A DNA stretch of 64,000 nucleotides from Felis catus (taxonomy: Eukaryota), in the NCBI RefSeq assembly GCF_018350175.1, contig NC_058368.1:145206001-145270000 (forward strand), written 5' to 3'. Positions 26,044-38,344 of the stretch are shown in pieces. The notes below the pieces were generated by a model. That model was not told the DNA's origin and made no database searches. It saw only the letters and a program-made list of their open reading frames with translations. A program made the position numbers and the translations under genes. Position 1 is the stretch's first letter; each line of letters opens with the position of its first letter.

Positions 26044-26586
26044 CTTGCTTTCAACAAACAATAGCCAAATTATGGAAAGAGTCCAAATGTCCATTAACTG
26101 ATGAATAGATAAAGAAGATGTGGTTTATATATACAATGGAATACTACTTGGCAATGAGAAAGAATGAAATCCTGCCATTTGTAGCAATGTGGATGGAACT
26201 GGAGGGTATTTTGCTAAGTGAAATAAGTCAGTCAGAGAAAGACAGATGTCATATGTTTTCACTCATATGTGGAACTTGAGAAACTTAGCAGAAGACCATG
26301 GGGGAAGGGAAAGGGGAAAAAATAAACAGAGTGGGAGGGAGGCAAACCATAAGAGACTCTTAAATATAGAGAACAAACTGAGGGTTGATAGGGGTGGGGG
26401 TCAGAGAGAAGGGAAAATGGGTGGTGGTGGGCATTGAGGAGGGCACTTGTTGGGATGAGCACTGGATGTTGTATGTAAGCGATGAATCATGGGAATGTAC
26501 CCCCAAAACCAAGAGCACACTGTATATACTGTTAGCCAACTTGATAATAAATTATATTAAAAAAATAATAATAAAATAAAAAATAA
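26044..26586 (+). mobile_element. 5'-truncated carnivore L1 (end of ORF2, 3' UTR, A tail)
   Basis: aatagccaaattatggaaagag...tggatggaactggaggg...; TSD AATGAGCTTA at 26034-26043 and 26587-26596. Confidence 0.95.
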
Positions 26587-26904
26587 AATGAGCTTATAAT
26601 CAAAACTGAAAAATCATCTGAATAGTACCAATTATATTATATTGTATTATAGGCAAATTACACTGCTATATTACAGTGTTAATGGAGATTGCCAGTCAGA
26701 AACTACTTATCTTATGGGTGGTTAGTAAACACTTGACTGATTTACACTGGTGTTATTCACATTAATACATCAAATCAGTCCTAAGGGATGCTACAAATTG
26801 AAAGCTTATAACTTAAAAGAACTTTACTTTATTAAAATTGAAGGAGTAACTCCTTATACTTGCCCCTCCTCCTATATTAACATCTTTGTTTAGTTCTTGG
26901 GTAT

Positions 26905-27340
26905 CATAGATTTGATTCCTCAGGAGATACAAATGAAAATAAGTGTGCGAGAATCTTTATCAGGATGTACTTTGGAAAACAACACTTGTAAGTGGGTGAG
27001 GGAAGCAGGATGGAGCAGAAGGCAAAGTTGAACTGTGATTCTGTTGCGACAAGCCTGCAGCCAATCCCTGAAGTCTGAATGTGGACTGCCCCTGAGAGAG
27101 ATTCCCAGATTGAGGCAAGGGAGCCTGGACTTGCTGCCTGTCATCGACCAGTCATGGGATGTGGGCTACCTCTGCAGAAAGAAACATAACATTGGGCAAG
27201 ACCGTTCTTTTTGGCTGAGGGCCATTTCTAGAGAGGGACTCAGCTCTGAGTCATCAACAGGTAACAACCTAATAGCTGGGAGAATAAGTGCCTAGGTCCT
27301 GAAGGTGGAACTTAGGTGGCACATCATAGAGCCCACTACC
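26905..27340 (-). mobile_element. ERVL solo LTR (LTR16/LTR33 class)
   Basis: gaggcaaggg...gaccagtcatggga...gagagggactcagct...gtcctgaagg...ggtggcacatcatagagcccactac. Confidence 0.75.
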
Positions 27341-27496
27341 CTGAATTATACCACAAATTCACCACGTGGGAGTTAAACTCAGTCTCTTCTTAACAAGTTA
27401 AATTTTTCTTCTGACTTTCCTCTCTTTGTAATCAGCATCACCATTTTTCCTTACCCAAGGTAGTAGAGTAGAAATCTGAAGATTTCTAAAAATTGC

Positions 27497-28586
27497 CTTG
27501 GGCGATTTTTAACAGTCTGTCACATTTAATTTCCAGCATATTTATCCTTTTAAACAATTTTAAATAATTCACTACAAAATGAAATCTGGCATAAATCCTA
27601 TCTGTCTTTTACTCCCTGAATTAACTGAAGAAGCCAAGACAACAGATTTCTAGGCAGTTTGGAAACTGGTGATATAACTAAGGAATGAGGAGGTGCTGGG
27701 GTTTTTTTTTTTTTTTTTTTCTCTTTTAGAGAAGAAAGGTTGAGTCAGTGGTCGTCAGGCAAATAAATTCTCAACTATTTTCTGGAAGTCTAACTCTGTT
27801 TATAAGAATGAAAATGAATGACCTTGAAAAATAATGTTGTTATTTTATGTTAAAAAAATTAGTTAACATGAGCTAGATGTTTTCAGAGATTGAGATTAAA
27901 AAAAAAAAACCTAGCTAGGAATTGTGGGTACAATCTCACCTTCGACTCGTGTAACTATGCTGTCAGAGACCTAGCTGCCACTCCAAACACTGTCCTCAAA
28001 GTACTCACAGGGAAACACGGGGGATATTAAATTATCATGTAATTAAATTAAATTATCACTTTGCAATCCCACCAATAAGGCTGAAATGGCACTTCGGTTA
28101 TGAATCCTTGCTTGCAAATCCTTTTACTCTGGGATGAGAACTCCTTCCTGGCAGAAGCAGTTTTGGCTTAAAGGTGAAATTGTGGATTAGATGTTTGTAC
28201 AAGAATTCTTGCACCCTAAGGACAAAAATTAAAACTCGTTTGTTTTTTGTACTTACGATCGTCGGGTTTTTGAATAATTATTTTACTTGCTCAAAACATG
28301 GGTCTATATTGTACATATTGATAACGTCATGTTCTAAATATAAAACTGTTTTAAATCTTAGCAATATTTTCTAGTTAAGTAGTAAGTAGGGACATTTTAA
28401 TGTGAGGAACTTTAAAATGTGCAAATAGCTATTTCCAAATGAAGAGGCCAGAAACCAGCAGAATTGGTTTGAAGCAAGAGCAGTGGGGGCCACCAGAGTT
28501 TATCTCCTTCACACTCATTGTATGCATAGCACTTACAAGATACTATAATGATGTTCACAGTGCAGAAAAAACATTCTCTCAGGTTT
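27497..28586 (-). pseudogene. Cluster of four pseudo-exons (28586-28537, 28333-28257, 28080-27940, 27795 to about 27497)
   Basis: Donors CTT|gtaagt, ATC|gtaagt, AAG|gtgaga; acceptors ttttcatattattag, ttttatatttag, ccatttcag, ttcttataaacag. Spliced frame KPERMFFLHCEHHYSIL-T*RYQYVQYRPMF*ASKIIIQKPDD-PLLVGLQSDNLI...VTRVE-ELDFQKIVENLFA. Confidence 0.65.
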
Positions 28587-29127
28587 CTAATAATATGAAA
28601 AGGAAAATAGGGCAGGAAGACTGTTGGTGTTCAGTTTTCTTCTTTAAGCCTGTGAGGTTTCTTAAGCAAGTCCTATTAGATGCATGAGATGATGATGACG
28701 TTTCTCCAAGAAACCACCCTTAAAGTCTCGGGGCCCATAATGAGCCTGTGTAGCTGACACAAAGTAGTGCCCCCAAGTATACTTCAGATGTATGTGTTTG
28801 TATCCACACAGGAAAGTGCACATCCCATTTGCAAGTGTACCTTTCCATGAATGAGCCATATGAGAGAACCCTATAGAATGTTATTATATGCCCTCCCTGT
28901 ATCCTTCAAATTCTCTTTGGGATCTATGTGGATGACCCAGGTGGCAATGAATGGATGAATAGTAGTAGCTTAGTGCCTAGTGGCACCACACAGTGGACAC
29001 ACAGAGATCTGCTGAAATACATGTGGTGATGGATGATAGGCCAACATTTTTGGACCCAACAGTCTTCACTCAGGAATGCTTTGGATAAACCGTCTGAACA
29101 AGGGGCTGTTGAAAGGATAGCTTAAAG

Positions 29128-29305
29128 CAGAAATCCTCAAACTTCAGCCTGTTTCAGGATCACTTAAGGGCTTATTAAAACACAGATTCCTGGACCCCAT
29201 CCCCAGAGTTTCTGATTTGGCATGCCTGGGGTGAAGTCTGAAAATCTGCATTTCTAACAAATTCCCAGGTACTACTGCTAGTCCAGGGATCACACACTAA
29301 GAGCC
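29128..29305. mobile_element. MER5A (hAT-Charlie)
   Basis: ctcaaactt...ttaaaacacagatt...ccccagagtttctgatt...tgcatttctaacaaattcccaggt. Confidence 0.85.
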
Positions 29306-29574
29306 TAAAGGAAAGAGACCCTTCACTGTTCTCTTCTGAGGTCCTCAAATTCATTCAAGTTGCTGGGCCCAGTGGTGAGGATGACTGCAAGGTGGAGATG
29401 AGTGAATGCCTTCAAGTAATGAAGATGAGCCAGCGATCTGAGATGGGGCAGGGAGTGTGGAATAGGTCTGCACGAAGACCTTGGGAAATTAGACAAAGAG
29501 AGCAGTGTGCTCTCCTCCTTCTTTGTAAATGGTAAAGTAAAGTTGTGTAGCTAACCCTCTTTTCTTTTCATACA

Positions 29575-30125
29575 TCCTGTTTGTTTTGTCCGCACAAGCG
29601 GCGTTCCTGCTCGCTTGCAGATCCATTCTTCCTCCACTCCAGTCACTCATTTCTGGTGGGCTTAGAATCAGAGCATTAGGCTCTTGGGCCATAAATGTGG
29701 GTGCATAACCTTCTTCCCTTAGTAAATATTCCTGTGGGACATGACCAAAGTCTAGCCAATCAGAGTTCTTCCTCAGGAATTTGTACATTTTACTAGTCAG
29801 GAAAGTTCTAACTCGATTTCTGCGCAGAACTCTGCAAATATGTTCAAATGTGTTAGCCATATGGCCCACCATGGAGAATATTCAAGAGAATGAAAAAGAC
29901 AAAAGTCAAAAAGAAAGAAGAGAAGTGAACCATGTCAGCACTAAATCTCTGCACCTAGTCAGTCACTAAGGGCTCAGAGCTATTTGGGTTCTGCAACAAT
30001 TTCTTCATCAGTGTCTCTCTAACTCTCATCTCCTTACTGTCACCCTGGTTTATTGTCTGTTTCTTTCTGAGAGTGATTTTAATTGGTTTTCTGTCACTTG
30101 CAAAGGGGAGAATCCTGACTATTAT
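29575..30125 (+). mobile_element. Old MLT1 LTR (J/K-like)
   Basis: catgaccaaagtctagccaatcagagt...ggttttctgtcacttgcaa...aatcctgacta. Confidence 0.6.
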
Positions 30126-31019
30126 CCCTCTTAATTAAACTCTGAAGGACAGAGGTGGAAGAGGCACAGACGGGTGTTAGTGATAGGATGCTCACACAGA
30201 CTGCCAGGCTCTTGCAGCTACAAGGAGCAGAGCCTCACCAAGGTCTCCTTAAGAGAAAGTCCACTGACACATATGCAGAGACTGAAAGAGGAATGCCACC
30301 AAAAAGCTGAGACAGGTTTAGGGCCAGCTACTCTCTAGGTCTCTTTCTTCTAGCCTTTCCTGCGTGTCATTGCTGCTTCTCAGAGTGTCTGTTCCATTCT
30401 CCATTTACTCCTCTTGAGCCGTACTCTGCCAGTTTTCCAGTCCAAATCCCAGGACGTCGGCTAATGACACTGCTATTCGTATTGCGCAGGGCCCCTTGTT
30501 CCTGACCACTTGTGGGTGGCCAGCCAACCTCTCCGGGTGAGGCACAACCTCTAGTCCCATCAGAACCTTCCTCTGAACAATAATAAAAAAGCTGGGGAAT
30601 TTAGGAGGAGGCAGACACTCCATTTTGTCCATTGTAGGAGATGTGTGGTCCAGAACAGGAGGAATGAAGAATCATGGCATGCAACATCAAGCAAATATTA
30701 AATAAACACATTTGCAACAGAACATTGAAAGTGCACCATAGAGGTGGGTATGGGGAAGATACAGGTCAAGGACTTGCTAAAGTGATCTGGGTCAGAGCCA
30801 AAGGCTTCAGGTCTTAGAAAAAGCAAGACCAGGGTGGACACTGCTAAGCGCAGAAGGCTGAGACTGCTCACAGCCACAGCAAAGTCTCTGGCCTCTACTT
30901 GGCTTGACCTCTACTCTCTGACTGGTGGAAAATGGGGATAGCCTCCACATGTTCTTCCCTTTCCCCCGTCTCTCCAAAAAACTGGCGTTGTGGTGAGGGG
31001 GGGGAGTCACACCGATCTA

Positions 31020-31235
31020 GAGTGGGGTTCTAGGAATTGACCGTGGGCAAGTTTCTTAGATTCTGAAACCTTAGTTTCCTCATCTAAAGATGACATTATT
31101 GGCTTTCAAAGGGTTTTTATGAAGAACAAATAAGACAATGCCTGTGAAACACTTAGCCTAGTTGCAGGCACAAAGTGTTCATTGGATGCTAGTTATCATT
31201 GCTATATCATCATCATCATCATCATTATCATTTTC
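31020..31235 (+). mobile_element. MIR SINE with (CAT)n tail
   Basis: gaccgtgggcaagtttctt...ccttagtttcctcatcta...tgtgaaacacttag. Confidence 0.75.
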
Positions 31236-31310
31236 ATTATAATATTTTCAAGGTGAATGAGTGTAATATGACTCCAGGGATACATTTGTGAACAAAGCTT
31301 ATCTCTCTAC

Positions 31311-31636
31311 CTGTTTGCTGATACTAGTCATTTTCTAACAAACATCTCCCACTTAGAAGTAAAATTAAAATCCTAATATATTTAAACTATACAGTTATAT
31401 GTGCCAAGTGAATACTACTTTACACAATTTAGATTTTTATTTTAAAAAAGAAAGAGAGGAAGGAGGAAAGGAAGGAAAGCAAAAAGGAGTATGGAGGGAG
31501 GGAGGAAGGGTAGAAGGAAGGACTTGTAAAAGTCTTTTCCTTTTAAGATTTTATACTTCGTTATAAAAGAGATTGATTCCTATTGTTAATTGATGTATCA
31601 GTGCAATAACAACAACAAAAAGCCAGAAAAAGATAC
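31311..31636 (-). pseudogene. Two small pseudo-exons (31636-31557 and 31351-31311)
   Basis: Acceptors gatttttag|G and ttttacttctaag|T, donors |gtataa and CAG|gtagag; frame continues the chain with one stop each. Confidence 0.45.
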
Positions 31637-31763
31637 CTAAAAATCTTTTCATTTTGTAATACAGAATATCTGGGTATATTTATGTAAGATATATACTTTA
31701 TGCAAGATAGTATAAAATCATATCTTGCAGAGACCTTATGTAAGATAATGTAAAATCACTCAT

Positions 31764-31834
31764 TTGGTCCAGCATGCCTCTAGCATTATCAAAAGTTCAC
31801 TTGAAAAATATATGAAAAGGTTGGGAGGATGTGG
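31764..31834 (-). pseudogene. Pseudo-exon, PHPPNLFIYFSSELLIMLEACWT(K); donor mutated to ATGAGT
   Basis: Acceptor attatatttaag|C, 71 nt open, phase 0 to 2. Confidence 0.65.
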
Positions 31835-32191
31835 CTTAAATATAATCTTCAAGTTTAAAATTTAATTTTACATACTGCCATGCTGTTTCATTAAATATGC
31901 AGGAGAGGGAAGAGTAGTATTTTTCAGACTTGAAAAAATTAATCCATGTTTCTTGGCATGGACAACCAATGTTATATTTAAAATATACATATATAATGTG
32001 AGACCCATTATCTAATAAAAGTCATGAAATCTATCTTATTCACTTTGTAACTTACACTGACTGGAAGTTGATCAAAGAAAACTATTTCCCTTTTTACTTT
32101 TTATTACATTGTTACTATTTTTATGGACAAAATTTAAAATGTATGATAAAAATCCAATATACAGTAATTGAAACATACAGTCTGACCTCAC

Positions 32192-32501
32192 ATTGTTCTG
32201 ATAAATCTGTTCATTTCTGGCCATTTTCAGTGTTGCTATAGTGAACAGTGTTGACAAGTGGATGAAAAAAGCTTATAAATGGAATTCTGATCATAGATAA
32301 GACTGAACATAAACTGTCTCCCCACATTTCTGCATGTTAGGAGGCCCGGCTTGTGCCCCAGATGGCCATCTCCCAATAATACATAAAACATTTCTTGCTA
32401 GAGCTCGGCACACGTTGAATGCACAGGTCATTTGAACAGAACAATAATTCAATTCAGTTAATAATGACCTCACTGGGAACAAACACAGACACAGGATGAT
32501 G
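32192..32501 (-). pseudogene. Pseudo-exon, IILCLCLFPVRSLLTELNYC...CGETVYVQSYL*SEFHL*AFFIHLSTLFTIATLKMARNEQIYQNN
   Basis: Acceptor ttttgttcttctaacag|C, donor AAT|gtgagg, 310 nt with 2 stops in 103 codons; 119-nt upstream intron. Confidence 0.75.
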
Positions 32502-32620
32502 CTGTTAGAAGAACAAAATCGTATTAGAGTTTTAAAAATGAAATTCTTAAAAAGCCGCCATGCTCTCTTGTCAAAATAGCACTTAAATGTATTCAGTGTT
32601 TAGCGACCAGGCAGGCTCAC

Positions 32621-32823
32621 TGAGTTTATTTTAGTCTCTTGAATTTTACTGCTGTGTTTCTGTGCCATGTTTCTTCAGTTTTCATGCTGGTAGCTTTCCT
32701 GGGAAGGTCAGTGTTGCCTACTGAACTCTCTATTGGCTTACTGGCTGAGCTCTTTGATGAAGAAGCCTTGAGTTTTTCACTTTTTCTTTTCTTCTGGCTG
32801 AGATGGCAGTCAATGAGGAATGA
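32621..32823 (-). pseudogene. Pseudo-exon, SFLIDCHLSQKKRKSEKLKASSSKSSASKPIESSVGNTDLPRKATSMKTEETWHRNTAVKFKRLK*T
   Basis: Acceptor aactttctgcag|T, 65 open codons, donor TCA|gtgagc. Confidence 0.75.
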
Positions 32824-33284
32824 CTGCAGAAAGTTTCAGAAGGACGCATGGGAATCATTTAATCAAACCAATAAAATAAGCTATTTATGTATGTAACAGT
32901 TATAGTAACCTCAACCACCAAGGCCATATTTCTCTACAATAATTTTTAGGTGTAAGGATAATTTTATTTCTAGCTTATAAGGCTTAAAATTCAGGATTCC
33001 CTTCTTTGGCAGAAATGAATGAACTCAGCCAGGAGAAATCAGAATCTAGAATGACCCCTTTCTGGCATCTACATACTTGCTAACAAGATAGCTTCATGTT
33101 TTGACACCACTGATGTACATGAGATCAGGCCCCACCTACATGGAATTTTTAGCCATGATGTTCATTTCTGTATTTTAAAACTAAGCTCAAGTGCTATTGA
33201 AATTAGGCCCTTTATTGTCATAATTTTAACCGTTAAAACCATGTTATCTAACTTAATAAACAGCAGGAGCTTTTAATATGCTTT

Positions 33285-33487
33285 AAAAAAAACTTTTTAA
33301 TGTTTATTATTTTTGACAGAGAGAGACACAGCATGAGCGGCGGAGGGGCAGAGAGAGAGGGAGACCCAGGATCCAAAGCAGGCTCCAGGCTCTGAGCTGT
33401 CAGCACAGAGCCTGACACAGGGCTTGAACTCACAGACCGTGACATCATGACCCAAGCCAAAGTCGGATGCTTAACCAGCTGAGCCCC
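33285..33487 (-). mobile_element. Can-SINE (felid type)
   Basis: tttaatgtttatt...caggctccaggctctgagctgtcagcacagagcc; degenerate TSD AATATG(C/T)TTT. Confidence 0.92.
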
Positions 33488-33609
33488 AAATATGTTTTTG
33501 CTTAATACATTTTATTAAAAAGATCTTTAACTTTTGGGATGCAAATTATAAACTTGCATAAAATATGGGTAAAAAGAAAAAAGATAGAGTCTGTTCAGAT
33601 CATTGTGAC

Positions 33610-33669
33610 TTTTTTGAAGTTTGCGTGGTTCTCTCTCTGTGTCTCTGTCTCGTCTCTAGTGGGGAAGAA

Positions 33670-33713
<44 letters not shown>

Positions 33714-33827
33714 CCAAGCAGTCTCTGAGCTGTCAGCATGGGGTTTGATCTCACGAACCCTGAGATCATAACCTGAGCTGAAATCAAGAGTCAGCTTCTT
33801 ACGTGACTGAGCCACCTATGTGCCCCA
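33610..33827 (-). mobile_element. Can-SINE with anomalous tail
   Basis: tgagatcataacctgagctgaaatcaagagtc...gactgagccacc...gtgcccc. Confidence 0.85.
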
Positions 33828-34010
33828 CAACATTATTACTTTAATGTTGGAAAACAGGGAGAAAACTTTGTAGAAATTTTGTCAGCAATTGTTTTATAGT
33901 TTAATTATTTTATTTATTGCATGCCCCCTCCCCACCCCGTCTATCCTAGTAAGCTTAAAAAAGCTAAATCTACAGAGTTGTGCATTTATGCTTGGGAAAC
34001 ACATTTCTTT

Positions 34011-34251
34011 TTTGTTTTGTTTTGTTTTGTTTTTTTTTTTTACTGAGGTTTTCTTTTTTATTCAAGTATAATTAACACATAGTGTTATATTAGTTCCAAG
34101 TGTATAACATCATGATTCAACAATTTTATACATTTCTCAGTGCTTATCAAGATAAGTGTACTCTTAATCTTTATTTCACCCATCCCCTCACCCATCTCCC
34201 CTCTGGCAACCACCAGTTTGTTCTCCGTATTTAAAAGTCTGGGGGGTGGCA
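34011..34251 (-). mobile_element. Short carnivore L1 3' end
   Basis: TSD GGAAACACATTTCTTT at 33995-34010 and 34252-34267; tatattagtt...catgattcaacaatt...cctctggcaaccaccagtttgttctc. Confidence 0.9.
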
Positions 34252-35109
34252 GGAAACACATTTCTTTATAGGAACTAACTCATTAACTTATTTCTGTACC
34301 TGCATCACCAATATCAACTGGAATACCCTGTAATAGTGGCAGTTTATTAACCTCTGCTGTAAAAGCAGAAGTAACACTCATGCTCTTCTTTCATGAAAAT
34401 GGTGGTTAGGGTTAGGGGTGTTTTAGGGATAAAGTAATCTGGGGGAGAGGGGGAGGCAGTTAAAGAAGCAGAGTCATTTTCTACTACACATATATACATT
34501 TTTAAGGATTAAAGTGGTATCTGTAATCCAAACAAGATATCCCTTATTCCTTCATTTTCCTCTCCTTGCTTTTACTGATACTTCTCCCAGAAGATACAGT
34601 CCTTGCCTCTAAAAGAACTTACTATCTGAAGGAGAGGAAACATAGAGGGTAAATAAATAAATATACAAGGCAGCAGGTAATTTAGGGACCATGTTCATAG
34701 TATAGGAGTTCGGAGAAATAGATAAGGAAAGGCTTCTTGAAGGAATTGCAACGCGTATGTGCAGATTCTGCTCCTTTGATATATACGAGGTTGTCCTCAA
34801 TTCTCTCTGAGGCTGAAGGGGGATTTCCCTTCCTGTCACTACCCCCAGGTGCTATTCTGTCTCACCACCTCTAAAGATGCAGAAGATCCTTCTGCAGCTA
34901 TACCCATTGTGTCAGTGGCAACAGCTCAGCTTCTCAGTTTATCTGCCTTAAGGCTGGCAAGGCTTGCGGAGACTGAGAAGAGTGTTGAAGAGTACCCTTC
35001 TCAAGGGAAAAGGGAGGGAGGTGGAGCACAGGAAGCCACACTCCTATCCTGGCTTAGGCACTTGGAAAGGGGCAGCAGGAGGGAGGAAATGTCCAGCAGT
35101 GCCGCTCAT

Positions 35110-35348
35110 CATCACAACAGTAACATTTACGCAGCACTTACTGTGCAGAGAACTGTTCAAAGCAGTTTACATGGGCTATTAACTCAGGTGACTCTCCCAA
35201 CAACCCTATAAGGAAGTACTATTAATACCCCCATTTTACAGATGAAGCACAGAAAAGCTAATTAAGTTGCCTAAGATCACACAGCTACTTAATTGACATA
35301 GTTGGGACTTGAGCCCAGGCACGGCTGGACTCCAGCACCTCTGCTCTT
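35110..35348 (-). mobile_element. MIR SINE
   Basis: caacaaccctataagg...ccccattttacagatgaag...cctaagatcacacagcta. Confidence 0.85.
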
Positions 35349-35350
35349 AT

Positions 35351-35530
35351 ATGGTTCACAACTCAGACTGCACATTAGAATCATTTGGAGAGCTGTTAAG
35401 CAATATTGATACCTGGGCCTCAATCCCAGAAATACTGATTTAATTGATCTGTAGTGGGGCCTGGGGGCAGGAGTACTTTTTAAATTTCCCCAGGTGATTC
35501 TAATGTGCAGCCAGGATTGCCAACCCAGCT
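35351..35530. mobile_element. MER5A1/MER5B (hAT-Charlie)
   Basis: ctgcacattagaatca...ctgatttaattg...ccccaggtgattctaatgtgcagccagg (internal inverted repeat). Confidence 0.85.
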
Positions 35531-35659
35531 CTTCTACCTCTCACTATCCTGTTAACTCATTATCTCTGCACCTCTCCCCTCCGCCCTGTTACTGAGACTA
35601 TTTTGCTCTGATCTTAGACTCTGCCATGCTCATTTTTCTTCCCACACAAAATGGCTCTA

Positions 35660-36239
35660 GTAGTGGTGTTAAAATATGTCCACAAATCCTGTGACACTCC
35701 TCTCTTCAAAAGGTGAAGCCTAACTGCCCCCACCCTTGGGATGTGGGCCGGATGTAGTGACTTGCTCCTATTAAATAGAATTTGGTGGAAGAGATGGTCT
35801 GGGACTTCCAAGACTAGGTCCTAAAAAGAGGTTGCAGCTTCCTCCCTGTCCTGTCTTGTGAATCGTGGACTGCCCGCTCTGGGGAAACTAGCTGCTATGC
35901 CATAAGAACACTCCAACAGCCCTATGGGGAAGATCTCATGGCAAGGAAATGTGGTTTCCTGCCAACAGCCAGTGAAGAACTAAGGCCTTCCAGCAAGTAA
36001 TGACCGAGTGAACCAAACTGGGAGTGAATCTTCCAGCCCCAGTGAATCCTCAAAATGACGACTCCAGTCCCAGCTGATGTCTTGAATGCCACTTCATGAG
36101 AGATCCTGACCTCAAGCCATCCTCCTAAGGTGCTCCCAGATTCCTGACACTCAGAAACCATGTGAGCTAATAAATGTTCATTGTTTTACACTGATAAATT
36201 GTGGGGTAGTTTGTCATGTAGCAACAGATAACTAATAAA
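35660..36239 (+). mobile_element. MLT1F-like MaLR solo LTR
   Basis: gacttccaagactaggtc...cctgccaacagcca...ctcccagattcctgac...aataaatgtt...tagcaacagataactaata. Confidence 0.88.
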
Positions 36240-37185
36240 GCTGCCTTCATCCCCACCCTCCCACATTGGCTTGGAGCTGGGGAAGTTGCCAGGGCCGCAA
36301 CAGAAAAGTGTTCTGACATCCCAAGGTGGAATTTTGAATGTATTTACCATAGAAACATAGCTCCATGCATATTTATGTATGTACATATATGTATGTAAAT
36401 GCATAGGAAAAGTCTGGAAGGAACAGGCCATACTGTTGATAGTGGTAGAACCAGAAATAGGAGAGGGAGTGGGATTAGGAGTGGGGGAGGAAGCCTAGGG
36501 GAATTTTCCTTCCTGCCCTGTAGACTACTGTGTTGTTGGGATATTTCACACTGAGAACGTATCTATGTATCACCTGGGTAATTAAACGTATTTTCCCACG
36601 TAAAAGCAAGAGGGGTAAAAAAGAAGCATAATTGTACCTGAGTGTGGGTTCTTTTGAAGCAGAGTATTAGGAATATAGTTCTACAAGTACATTATGGATA
36701 CAACAGTATTTCATAGTCTGTCCTGACAGCCTTAACATCAGGCCCAGCACTGCATTGCGGGCGCTGTACTGATGAGTGAACGAAAACAGGCCTTGGAGCT
36801 TGACCCGCACGTGTGTGTGATTTCCATCTCTGACAGTCACTAGCTTGGCAAGTCGTGCACCTGTTCCCAGCCTGTTTTCCTCATCTGTACAGTCAAGATA
36901 ATGATAGAGAATTAAACAGGGCTTTACACAGTGCATGATCCAGAGGTGGCACTCATTAACTGTCATTGTATGGAAAAATATGTTCCTAGTTCCAAACATA
37001 TATATTTTGGGATCATTACAATGTAAATAAATTGAGGGCTCTGTGAATTCTATGTTTTTGTTGTTTTACCTTTTCTTTGCAAAAGGTCCACGACCCAAAA
37101 CAGACTTTTAAAACACACTTAGTGCATGAATATTGCAAACATTGCAGTGATCAAATATTTGTTTTTTGTTTAAAGTGATAAAGAC

Positions 37186-37318
37186 CTGAACATATTTCAT
37201 ATTTACAGGGGAGAAACTGGGGACAGTGGAGATGCGCATGTAATCCCAAAGAGTTGAAACAATGCTAAATCTGAATTGTACTGGACGTTAACATGAAAGA
37301 AAGCTGGATCATTGCATC
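37186..37318 (-). pseudogene. Pseudo-exon ending ...STLWDYMRISTVPSFSPVNMKYVQ
   Basis: Branch-like CTAAT plus tctgtgtgcag|G acceptor, donor CAG|gtcttt, 133 nt, phase 2 to 0. Confidence 0.65.
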
Positions 37319-37334
37319 CTGCACACAGACATTA

Positions 37335-37657
37335 GAGGTCACACACAGGGATCCTATAGACCCCAGAATATCAACAAAGGTATTTCCTTTAACCCATACA
37401 GTGTTTCTGAAAAACATTTGAATTTGTTGCCCATATTTAAACTTGGAAGATTTTATATAAAAATACAGGACTCAGACTGCTCTTAGACAACTGACATATC
37501 TGGCTATCTTGTGTCACTTGGCTTGGACAGTGTTATGGATTCCTCTTTCTGTCAGGATAAGGGTTTTCCAAGAGACCACAATTGCTACTTAGACTTGCCT
37601 GTGTTACTCACTAGGGCTACTTCCTTGCCCCTGGGTGCATTCAGTTTGCACCTCTGA
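37335..37657. mobile_element. MER102-like hAT-Charlie element
   Basis: acagtgttt...tttgaatttgttgcc...gatttt.atataaaaat...atctggc...agtttgcacctctg. Confidence 0.6.
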
Positions 37658-37795
37658 AACTCTGGATGTTTATTCCAGTGCAATAAGAGTGTTATTGGTA
37701 TAGGATGATCATATGCTTTGACAATTATAAAAAACTGCCTAAGCACGCCTACAATGTAGAGATCCCAGAAATGAAGGCCATCTCTCTCTCTTTAC

Positions 37796-37928
37796 CTTTT
37801 AATGAACTGAAGGAAAAAATGTAAAGCTCTCTGAAATGTTTCTATGAGGACATGAAGAGCTGCTATTTATAGTCTACTTCTGCAATGAGGTGATATTTAT
37901 TAGGAGGACCTCCAGTCTCTCAAGTGCT
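37796..37928 (-). pseudogene. Pseudo-exon, HLRDWRSS**ISPHCRSRL*IAALHVLIETFQRALHFFLQFIK
   Basis: Acceptor tataactttag|A, donor AAG|gtaaag, 133 nt; 98-nt upstream intron. Confidence 0.65.
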
Positions 37929-38026
37929 CTAAAGTTATATGTCATCATAGCCAGTCTATTTGTGTCGTTTTTTCATTGGATTGAGTAGGCTGGGACTCTT
38001 CCCCTCTACACATGCTCCAATCCTAC

Positions 38027-38176
38027 CAATGGAAGAAAAGGCTGAACCATGACACTGGCCTTTGATATATATAGAGAGATATTTATCAACTTTGGTGATA
38101 CTGAGTTCATTTTTAATATCATGGAGTCACTTGTAAATGAATACCTATTTGATACTTGTGAAATCAATGTTCTTAT
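38027..38176 (-). pseudogene. Pseudo-exon, KNIDFTSIK*VFIYK*LHDIKNELSITKVDKYLSIYIKGQCHGSAFSSI
   Basis: Acceptor tttgtttttaataatgaccag|A, donor TTG|gtagga, 150 nt, phase 1 to 1. Confidence 0.7.
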
Positions 38177-38344
38177 CTGGTCATTATTAAAAACAAACAA
38201 AAAATCAGTCCTATTTCCTTAACTCTGCTTGAAAATCTCTTCACAGCACAATTATTCCCCATAATTAACAAAAGCTAAAAGATGAATTTGTGGTAAAAAG
38301 AGTCTCTCATTTGCTAGTAATGTTTTTAGCCTGGGTCATTTCCC

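Noticed and set aside
28662..28870. Additional pseudo-exon starting at 28870
   Set aside because: The acceptor is plausible but no clear donor or frame; the chain can skip it. Left unassigned.
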